NCBI RefSeq assembly: GCF_041956535.1
Contig: NW_027192195.1
Location: forward strand, 1,095,189 to 1,159,188
Direction of reading: 5' to 3'
DNA length: 64,000 bases
Source of the DNA: Calcarisporiella thermophila CBS 279.70
Lineage: Eukaryota > Fungi > Calcarisporiellomycota
Shown here piece by piece: positions 37,687 to 47,763 of the stretch (its first letter is position 1; every line of letters starts with the position of its first letter). Made by a program: the position numbers and the translations under genes. The notes beneath the pieces are model-generated. The model worked only from the letters and a program-made list of their open reading frames with translations. It was not told the origin of the DNA and searched no databases.

Positions 37687-37922
37687 TTCCCACTAATTTA
37701 TTCTCATCACGCGGTAACATAATATCTCTCGATCTATTTTATCTAACCACTGACTCCATTGTTAATTGTGTGTGTGTTCCTATTGTAATATATCTAATAT
37801 AATGTTCATCTATATAATGTTTGCTGGGATTCATGGAAATCAGAAATGGCCGACCAATTTAGTGCCGCTGTTACTCCTCGTTTGGGAAAAAAATGTGTGC
37901 TAAAAGTAAAACTCAAAAATTC

Positions 37923-37994
37923 TGGACGTTCCGGGAATTGAACCCGGGGCCTTCTGTATGCGAAACAGATGTAATACCACTATACCAAACGCCC
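37923..37994 (-). tRNA. tRNA-Ala(CGC)
   Basis: GGGCGTT/AACGTCC acceptor stem with G3:U70, anticodon arm TCTGT-TTCGCAT-ACAGA, T-loop GGTTCAATTCC. 72 nt, with an oligo-T terminator just downstream. Confidence 0.96.
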
Positions 37995-38074
37995 AATCAT
38001 TGAACTTTGTAATCGTAATGTAATAGCTGCGGATGCAAATCACGTGATAAGTTTCAGCATTTTAGGAGAGATGG

Positions 38075-38409
38075 GGGGGAGGGTTAGTGTAGTGGACTAT
38101 TCCTGGGATGCCGATGAGAACGGCGTGGGTTCGAATCCCACTTCCCCCACCAGCACTTACTCTTAGTTTGTGGCTGCTATCCACTTGATCAGAAGCTGAG
38201 TCTTGATTATTGAAAAGATCGCCCTTACGATAAGTACAAAAGATTACATCGGTTTCACGTACATGCTATTCACGACAACTACGATACACGCATATCGATT
38301 GAAAGTCTATCGATCAAGGACCTATATCTCGTTATGTTAAGTCCATTGACATTAACTTCATGTAATATATGGAAATTAAATAAAAAGTTTCCATTGAAGA
38401 TCAAAAAAA
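38075..38409 (+). mobile_element. Full-length tRNA-derived SINE, copy 1
   Basis: A box TAGTGTAGTGG (38085-38095), B box GGTTCGAATCC (38128-38138), tRNA-like head ending in ACCA (38152) and an A-tail. Flanked by the identical 16-mer ATTTTAGGAGAGATGG at 38059-38074 and 38410-38425. Confidence 0.88.
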
Positions 38410-38425
38410 ATTTTAGGAGAGATGG

Positions 38426-38745
38426 ATCCAAAGAATACAAAATGCGCAAAGAGAACGCATACCACCGCCATGGTATCACTTAGCATCCATATTCTTACGG
38501 AACACTACGTCTCAAATTATTTAGACATAGGTATACTCACAACCGACTACGGCAAATAGAAGCTGATGAGAAGAGATGGCATCTGGCCAAGCATATACCA
38601 TGCGTGGCGGGAGCTGGATGGGCAGCTAGATATCGACAGAAGAATTACGCCGATGGAAGTCTTGGCCCTACCGGTCAACAGGAACAAATACTTCCTTGAG
38701 AGAGGTCAACCACTGCAATCTCGTGGAGAACAACATGGGCTCTAG
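38426..38745 (+). mobile_element. Degenerate LINE ORF2-like fragment interrupted by the SINE
   Basis: With the SINE removed, frames read ERWIQRIQ...PPPWYHLASIFLR and IWPSIYHAWRELDG...TPMEVLALPVNRNKYF, resembling the post-RT region of L1/Tx1-like elements. Stops and frameshifts are present. Confidence 0.4.
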
Positions 38746-38914
38746 GTCCTGGGTAACTTCTTCATAACACTTAATCCGACATTTCCAAGCACGGAACTCT
38801 TTAAATTATATCCCATGTTTTCTAGTACTTAATAAGCTTGTTCGGAAGCACATTTGTAATATATATTAAATAAACCACAGGACGCAAGTTCCCGCTTCCT
38901 TAGAGGAAAAAAAA

Positions 38915-39198
38915 TGTAGTGGACTAACCTAGGGATGCCGAAGGGAACGGCGTGGGTTCGAACCCCGCTTCCGCCACCAACGCTCTCTTCTAGCTTGTGG
39001 TTACTGTCCACTTGATCAAGTTTGAGTCTCTATTACTGGAAAGATCCCTCCTACTAAAGTAAAATGATTACATCGATATCACCTACACGCTATTCACAAC
39101 AATGATATATGCCTATCGATTACCGCCTATCGATCAAGATCTATATCTCATTAAGTCCGTTGATATTAACTTCATGTATTATATGGAAATTAATAAAA
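38915..39198 (+). mobile_element. Second, 5'-truncated and diverged copy of the same SINE
   Basis: Colinear with 38088-38386: TGTAGTGGACTA, GCCG-N7-CGGCGTGGGTTCGAA, CCACCA, CCACTTGATCA, GATTACATCG, ATTAACTTCATGTA, ATGGAAATTAA. No clear TSD. Confidence 0.85.
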
Positions 39199-39856
39199 TT
39201 ATGTATAGAAAATACGTATTCGATAACTTAACATTCATCGTTATCGGTGTGTGTTTCATACACGTTAGGGACCACGATCTCGGAATTATCCCAGCAAAGA
39301 TTAGGTAGTCTTGTTATTGCAGTACCTGCGGCCCTAACGATGGCGAGGAGGAACGTAATTGTAAGAGCCGCATAAGAATATCGATGTTTACTGAATTTAA
39401 CTTAACTTTTGTTAATCTGCTTATTGTTCTTGTAAATAAAATATTATAAATAAAAAGCTTTAAAATAAATAATGGATAAAATAATTTGTAGTATCGCTAT
39501 TTTTATATATTTTTTTTAAAAAAAAGACGTTTTCTGTAAACAAAATTCCCATATTATGCATGACATTAATTGATACGTGCAAGAATTGTATCACGAGCAA
39601 TTTTCATGTTTTTACCTTTGCTTTAATTTATTTTACAACATTCAATCATTTTCTATTTTCTGTATAGTAGGTAGCGTGTTTCACTACAGCTCTCACATAT
39701 GGCTTCTGCTCAAGTTATTTCACATCTCTGCTGGCCAATGAAACGAAAACATATTTTTTAGAATTTTACAGATATTTTCTATATTACTTTTGGACTTGTA
39801 TAGAGAGTTATATTTTTTACAAGGTCAGTAGAGAATTAATTTTCAATATTATTCAA

Positions 39857-41933
39857 CTACTTATCCTCAGATGTTGGAGTTGGATCCTCTTGTGATGGCT
39901 TATCCACCAGTTTTTTTTGAAAGTCTATAATGTCGGATCAATAAACTCACTAGAAGAGTTGCTCCAGCGAGTGCAAGATTAGTGAAGTTAACCAACCGGA
40001 TGGATTGTAAGTATGAGTTCAACACAGTTGCTTGCTGTTCTTTCGTCAGAGTAAGAATGTAAATGTAATTTGTTTTGACGCTGTTGGTATCAACATTTGC
40101 GGGGAGTACACCTGCAGCGCGTCGAGATTCTAGGAACTTCACGAAGAAACAAATTTAATGCTGAATAAAATGCTGACTAGCGAGTTGTTGAAGACAGAAG
40201 ACCCAATAGCAATCCCAATCATGTTACCGGTCGCACGGAAAAATTGTGTGAGGGCAGATACTAGGGAAACACTAGGAATAAATTTTATAGAAAAAAATGA
40301 GCTCATTGCCTCTATCCGAGAATTAGAGGGATCCTACGCTTTGTATTCTACTGCACTCTGCGCAGCAGTAATTAAAGGCTGCATGATCAAACCATCCCCG
40401 GCACCAACAAGAATTAAATACCCGATCTCCTGCGCTCGTGTTGTGTTTTCATCAAGTAAGGTTAGCAAACCCATCCCGACTATTGTGATTGAAGTGCCTA
40501 TCCAGAGAAGGAAGCGATAGCGACCTGTGAATGCTGTAAGAAATCTAGCAATAATTGAAGTGACTACGACTGCAAACATCATTCGGATAAGCTCCAAGCC
40601 AGCTGTGGTGGGTGAAGCGCCTTTGACCATTTGAAGGTAGACTGTTATGTAGGTAAACATTCCAAAGAAAGAGCCATTAAAGAGAACTTTGTAGATAAGG
40701 GCGGCGCTCACAGTTACATGTTTAAACACGTGGGCTATTAAATTTTTATATGAATAATGTGCAATGTGTGTGAGGGGGAAGGGGGGGGGGAGAGAACGTC
40801 AGAAATCGTGATAATAATAAAGTGTTTGATTTCACTTACTGGAAATGACGGGTTCGACTGCCACCTTCATTTCAATCCAAATGAACACGACAAGCATAAT
40901 ACTGCCTGGAATTAAAGTGCCGAGCATAGGACCACTCGACCATTCGTAGTCATTTCTACCCCAGCTAATTGCTAGAAGAATGCCCACTAAACTCACTGAG
41001 AGCACATCACATCCATACCAATCGATACGTCGTAGTTTCTCCGAAAGTGAACCTTTAACGGCCGGGAGCTTCAGTGAGTAAAGGAGAACAAGCCCAGATA
41101 CTACACCAAATGGAACATTGATGTAGAAAGTCCATCTCCACGAAACGTGGTCAGAAAACACGCCTCAAAGCAAGAGACCAATTATTGAGGAGACGGCAAG
41201 TACCGAACTATTGAACCCTTGGTATTTCCCTCGATCTCGAATCGGAACCACGTCAGAAATAATGATAACATCCATTGTTGTGATACCGCCAGCACCGATT
41301 CCCGCGATGGCACGCCCAATTGCCAGTGCGGCCATGTTAGGAGCAGCCCCGCAAATTAGGTTTCCAACTTCGAACATGATAAGGGCAAACAACATGGCTG
41401 CAGAAATAAAGTTGAGTGGGTTGAGTCCGGCAGTGGGTGGGCAGAGGGCCAATGAAAAACGAAGCTTCTCCTACCATTGCGCCGGCCGAAAATGTCAGAT
41501 AACTCTCAGAACATCGGTTGATATAAAGTCTGAGTGAGCATAAATGCATTGGTGAGCCAAGATATCTGATTGAGCGAGTGGAATTCTTCGACAATATTAG
41601 GAACACGGGTTGCGACTATGAGGGAGTCGATGGCCACGAGGAAAGTAACTGTTGATATACTATACCGTGACAATCAAATTCATTATCCACGCAAAAATGG
41701 AGTTTAGAAGTATACTCCTTACCATGAATACACAATCATAAGTTGTCGAAATGGCAAGAGTCTTGCCTGCGAGCCTTCTATTAGTTCCAGGTCTATTTCT
41801 TTCTGAGTGTTTGTTTCGGTATCGTTGCCAGTAGAACTATTCTCATTCATTTGTTCAATCTCCAATCCATTTACACCATTTTTTCGAGTTCATCACGGTT
41901 GGTATGTTTTACACTTGCATCATCATCTGCCAT
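39857..41933 (-). pseudogene. MFS drug:H+ antiporter (DHA2, 14-TM type) pseudogene
   Basis: Motifs IDSLIVAT, LSDIFGRR, GRAIAGIGAGG, RDRGKYQG and SWRWTFYINVP. In-frame TGA at 41506-41508 and 41165-41167; apparent frameshifts in A-runs near 41880 and 39915. Confidence 0.85.
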
Positions 41934-43509
41934 TTCTTTTGTATTTTTAAAATTGTAAAACAGGTAGAAATTGTAAAATGGATCACTATTTTTATACTGA
42001 TTTTAAGTTCCTGAAGATCCGGGCTCTAGTTTACACAAGACCACATCTAAGTAGTATAACCACAATTCCTCTGCAAAGATGGCATTTAACGGCTAAGAAA
42101 TGTTGCAATGCGTGGAGCAAAACACTAATTTGCACGTGGAATAGTGATCTAGGTTGTGGCCCAAAAATAAAATCGATAATCTCGTGCGTGGTTATTCGGG
42201 ATGCTTCAGTGATTTTATTTCTCGCTAATGTTGGTGAATCCCTCGGTAATTTAAGCGGAGTCGAAGATGAAGAGACAAGCGGCTCTTGAGAACAAAACTG
42301 ATTCGGGAATACCTGGGAAAATGTTTTCTCCTTTTATCCGTAATACCCCGCATATTGACTGTAACTCTTCAAAATGTGTCCAGCCAAGACACATTTGCTG
42401 TACCTGTACAGGATTGAAAAAAAACAAAGATAATGTTTTGGGTTCACGCGATTACGATTTATAAGAAGCAACAGAGAGTAGAGGATATGATTAGATTAGA
42501 GTGAACCCAATCAAAAACAAAAAAAAAAATCGTTTGTTTTGTTATAAACACGAGATTTCTAAATAACAAAACAAAAATGAAAAATATACGAAGCTCTTAA
42601 GTATATGTTATTTCTAACAAATATATAATGTCATATTTGTGTATGTATTATATACATGAGAATTACCTGAGGGCCACCGAGTAAATCACAATGCCATTGA
42701 ATGAGATCTTAACCAATACAGTATCTTTTTAACTGTATCAATTTAGGGAATATAATCTTTGGGTGTAAGATAGGTTTTAGAAGAGCCGTGTGAGAAACGA
42801 ACTATGAAATTACATCTTAGCGTTTTGAGCTAATATTTCTCATTGAATAAGATAAGCTTCGCTATGGCAAGTTATCGACTACGTCAATCTTTATAAATTG
42901 AGTATGGTGGGGAACAACAAGAAGTGTTCAGATGATCCCTGACAGCTTTTAACTTATCGAGTGGTTTCTGGTTATTTTGAATAATACAAGAAAATGCAAG
43001 CTACAAAATTTAAGAACATTCAACCAGTCGATCTTTACTCAGGGGTCGCTTTAGCATTCTAACCCTTTGCATTACACTCATGGCCTTACCACATAGTATA
43101 TCATACTCGCATTCCATCTTGAATTTCCTGCAATCCACCAGTGCCTCTTGCCTATCCATTAAAATACGTATTATGCCTTAAACTTGATCGATTTCGACTT
43201 GCCCAAACTGTTGCGTGAAGAACCCAAGTGCCATGGCCAAGCAGTTTGACTACGAGCTACAACGAGGAGAAGTTTAAAAAAGGAGGATGCAATGAAATCG
43301 ACTGGAAAGAAAGTTTTATCGACAAATGGACAGGGGAATCTGGTTGGATATCAAAGAAAAACTGATTCAATTTTGAGTGATGGCTTGAATTTATTGAAAT
43401 TGTGAAGGTATTAATCTACTGATGAGGAGAGAAAAAGAATGCAAATTATCTGAAAACAAGAGTAGGAATCATAACACTGGGGAAAAGACAACTCTATGTA
43501 AAAAAGAAA

Positions 43510-44373
43510 TTATTTCGTATTTTTCTGCTTGTTCCAAAGTTTGTGAGCAGAGCACACTGCGGATATGAAGCCGCAGATTGCGTAGAAACCATCAGAGAAC
43601 TGACACTGAAAGAGATCATATCCTACACACAAGAAATCCACATTATTGTTGTTTGTTCGTGTTTTGTAAAGTTAACGAAAATCAAGCCGAAACTTACCAC
43701 AAAATCCTAAATCACACATCAGCTTCACAAAGGAAATATCCGCCCAGTACAACTTCTCGCCCACCTCTTTTCCTTTCTTCTGTTCTCTGCGCAGCCGCGC
43801 AGCCTCTAGCCTGTTTTCTCGTAAATCAATCAGAATACTTGTAAACCAAAGCCGATATGACCATGGCTCCGCACGTTTGGCAGTTGCAGGGGTGAGCACC
43901 CCTATACGACCAAGGCAGTAGAGATCATCCGCGAGGCAATTCCCGAACCCAACAATAGCATTAATCCACCCTAGGTGATAATCTATCCAAACATTGGTCC
44001 ATAATGAGCCCGGTGGAGGTGGGATCCGACTACCCTCGAGGTATTCAGCTAGGACTGCATAGGATTCAATGCCATGCCCTAGACGCAGGATTTTGCGGGT
44101 TGTCGAAAAGTTGGAGATAAGGGAGGAGAGCCGTTTGCGTAATTCCTTGAAGCGAACGGTATTTTGCTTGAGAACATAAATTAGCAGGAGCTTACAAAAG
44201 TATTGGATGAGTTTCAGCGTCTTGTCACGACCGTCGGTGAGCACGAGCATGCGGCGGAATATGGCGAACGTGGATGGGGAGGGTTTCTTTGCGGGTATAG
44301 GCGAAGATGCTGCGAGATGGATGCTACTCTTTTCATTCAGAGGAGGTGTGGGCGGGTGCGATGGAATGGCCAT
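43510..44373 (-). CDS. PEX11: Peroxisomal biogenesis factor 11 family protein
   Basis: DGRDKTLKLIQY, FSTTRKILRLG and SFVKLMCDLGFC. One intron near 43623-43697; stop TAA at 43510-43512. Confidence 0.85.
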
Positions 44374-45396
44374 AATGGAAGGATCCCCTATATGGTTGAG
44401 CTTGTGGATGATGAAATCAGGGGATGAACCGGAATTTTTCCTTTGATGATGGCAGTTTTGAATCTGGAGACCCTCTTTTACAACCGCATGGGGAGACATT
44501 CTACGAGGGTTGAATGGCTTGCTCTGCAGAGCGCAAAGAAAAACATACAAGCAAAATAAATAAAAAGCACTTGCTCGTGTCAAAAAGGTCGGTGAAACTT
44601 TGGCTTGTATTTCATATTCTAATTTTATTTCCCCTTCTTCATATGACAGTAAATACATTATACTCCTCGCATTACATAAAGAGAATTCCCTCAATGCCGA
44701 AAGTTTAAACTCGATTCTGCCTGGGTCTCCATTCACCTCATTTCTTCTTTCTCGTACCCAAATGTCGATTGCATAGCTTGAGGATGGGTTCTAAATAAAC
44801 AACTAATATATAAAAAATACCACCCCATAGCGGGACCTATTTTCGCTCGGCCTTTAAAATAATAGATTAATACCAAGGAAGCTTATTAATGATATAAGAT
44901 CCTGTTGCGTTACAAAGAAATTTTCTTTTTCTTTGTATACATTTATTGATGAACAAGTATTGAATAATGGTATAGTCAAATATCATTGTATTTTTCTCTT
45001 TAATTGGCAAACACAAAAGCCGGGAATCCGTCCATCAACGCGTTGTGGATTTTCTATCAAATGCTATTGAACATCGAAAATACGTGTGACCAGCAAAGGC
45101 TAATTGAGAGGTGAAGTGAGGAAAAGAAATTTGTACAAACAGTACCTAAGCAAATTTCCGTCTATTTTCGAAAGTCGGCTTTTGGCAATTAGTAATTAGT
45201 AGCGTAGGATGCAAACTACATTATTTTGGTATCCCAATATATCAGAGTATATAACAAGCTGTCAAGAACCCTTTAAAATTAAAGTCCGTATTAGTAAAAG
45301 AGGAATGAATGCCGATAAAAGAATGTGTTTATTAATATTGAGGACAAAGAAGCAATGGGTAATTGAACAGATGAATATCGGTATTCCCCCACCTAA

Positions 45397-46447
45397 TCAT
45401 TCGACCCGTCCCCGCAAAAACACCTTCAAGGTGTCAGGGCACAGGTCCCAAGGTGTCTCCTTCTGTTTGTTCTCCCAGTCCATACTCGACCCAGCCTCTA
45501 TCAGAATAAGTGCTACATCTCCATGTCCTTCTTCACATGCGAGATGCAGCGGTGTGTTCCATACAACGTCGCGAGCTCGCAAGCGTGCTCCGCTCTCGAT
45601 GAGCAGTCGCACGATAGCGGTGTGACCAAGTGAAGATGCGCGGTGCAAAGGCGTTTGACTTAAGTTGTCTAGGGGAGAGTGAGAGGAGCCTTCTTTGAGG
45701 AGAAGACGTGCAATCTGGAGAGTATAGAGGGTCAGGGATAAACTAAGAGGCGGTTATAACATGCAGAACAGGTGCTTACCTCAGGTCTGTTTTTTGACGC
45801 AGCATAATGTCTATCAGAAGAGAAATATTGCATGAGTTATAGTTGAAGATAAACTGGCTACCTTAGCCGTATTGCATAAAAGGGCAGCAAGGAGGCGGTA
45901 TATACATACAGTGGTGTTTGTCCTCTATGGTTCGATGCGTTTACGTCAGCCTTTGCCTTGATCAGCGCATTCACTACATCCAAATGTCCAGCGGAGGCTA
46001 TTTCCAAATGTTCCATATAATGAGTACCATGATCCCATGCTGTTTCTCCAAAAAAAGAATCTGTTATTTACCTGCAATTAGAAGCGGCGTCCACCCTTCC
46101 TAGAAGAAGACACGAAATTAAAACAATAAGTATTGATTTCGAAAGACGTGTAATCCGAAATCTAACACACTTCATCTTTTTCATCCACATTAGCTCCATG
46201 CCCTAGAAGAATTTCCACAACTTCCAATTTTCCCCCGCTTGCTAAAATAAAAAGACAATACATAATCGCACTAAATCTTGCGTGAATTCAGGGTCAATGC
46301 ATAATGCTTACCCGCCCAATGTAAAGGCGTACGCTCGTCCTCATCCTTGCGATGGATGGCGCCTGCATCCGCATCGATGGCATCGCGAACAGCAGAGAAG
46401 TTGCCCTCCCGCGCCAGTTCCGAAAGCGGTTTGTCTTGGCTCGTCAT
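45397..46447 (-). CDS. NAS6: Ankyrin-repeat proteasome chaperone (gankyrin/Nas6-like)
   Basis: DEDERTPLHWA, GWTPLLIA, QTPLHYAASKN, TPLHRASSLGH and NTPLHLACEEGH; the protein is almost entirely ankyrin repeats. Confidence 0.8.
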
Positions 46448-47763
46448 TATTACGTCGATTAGTTCGAAGGTCTTCTCGAGAGGTGGCGAAATTATTTCCA
46501 GTCACGTAATTTTTTCGCTATTAGGTTTTAAGGTAACACGGTGAGAGACGAGAGACAGGAATTATATTCAAGGGATTATAAATAAAGGAGAACAAAAAAA
46601 GGGGAGGTATATCGCTAGTAATATTGATTATAGTTATATGATAAAAAGGAGTAGGAATAATTGTCATGTTTAAAGATTTCATTCGAGAATATGGAGAAAT
46701 GCCGAATCCAATTTTAGATATCGAATCAAGGATAGGAAAAAAGTAATAAGTGCAAGGAGATCGATAAACAAAAGGCGAAGTTAATTAATGTGTTTTGGAT
46801 GAAAAATAGCCTGTTTCTAGTTATTCATATTCGCCTTCCTCTATACTAAAGCTCCCTGGATTCTCAACTATCCTCTCTGGATGCGAACTATCACTTGGAT
46901 TTATGATTCGCTGCATTTTGTATTCTAGTTGTTACTAGTGTTCAATTTCGCTTGGTTGAGAGTTGTCCATTATGATAGATATTTTGGATCAATTGATATT
47001 GCAAACCACCGTATCATGTACTGTCGCCACCACTCCTAGTTAGTAGCCAACGATTTTAGTCTATTCCAAAGATCTATATATTTCAAGCCTGACCAGACAT
47101 GCCACATTTAGATACAGAGAATCAAAATTTACACAGTACAGTAGCGTCTGCAACAGTTAATTTATTTTTCAAAATTGATATCTAGAGTGCACGTTCCTAT
47201 GATTTGAGCCATGCGCCTCCTTTTGGTAGATAATCGAGCAGTTAGCACTTAAGCATTCTTGGGACCTGCGAAGGTGTTTATCGTTCCCGTCGGGTAGAAT
47301 ATTCCAAGGAGGGGGCGGGTATCAGTGTGGAAGGATTGTGTTGCTGGAGTTTATGAATGTGTCCAGTGATCCTTGTGCCAAAGATTGAGAGGAGGTTAAG
47401 GGCCCTGCCTGCTTTGTAGTAATATAGTATTCAAGCTACTTTTCTTCTACAAAATTTTGTTTTCGTCAAAGAACACAAGCAAATTGCTCAAGAGAAGAGG
47501 AAAAGCGATTACAATGGAATAAGGTAAGCATGAAGAGAAAAGCAGAATTGAAAGAATAGTAATAAAAAAAGAAAAAAGAAAAAAGAAAAAAAGGAAAAAA
47601 AAAATAATATCATACACAAAATAAAGCTGATGAAATAGGAGGAAGAAAGGAACAAAATTGGGGTGAATCGAGGAGAAAAATAAAATTGCAAAATAAAACC
47701 AATGTTCGAGAAAGGAAAAAGAAATCCTACAATTATATATATATCAACAAGCAGGGGTTATCA

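Noticed and set aside
38075-38152. Functional tRNA gene, tRNA-Sec or tmRNA
   Set aside because: No canonical anticodon arm, no TCA anticodon and no tag ORF. It is embedded in a TSD-flanked, A-tailed repeat.
38088-39688. The two repeats as LTRs (TGTAGTG...CACTACA termini)
   Set aside because: No 4-6 bp TSD at those ends and no gag/pol between them. The 16-bp TSD, Pol III boxes and A-tail fit a SINE better.
41165-41508. Genome-wide TGA=Gly reassignment or selenocysteine
   Set aside because: TGA terminates intact genes in this window (e.g. at 5941, 6433, 29650, 47764). The positions are Gly rather than Cys columns, and the gene has other lesions.
44374-44736. N-terminal extension of PEX11 in the ORF track
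   Set aside because: Begins at a non-ATG codon and reads like UTR or promoter sequence. The ATG at 44373 precedes the conserved domain.
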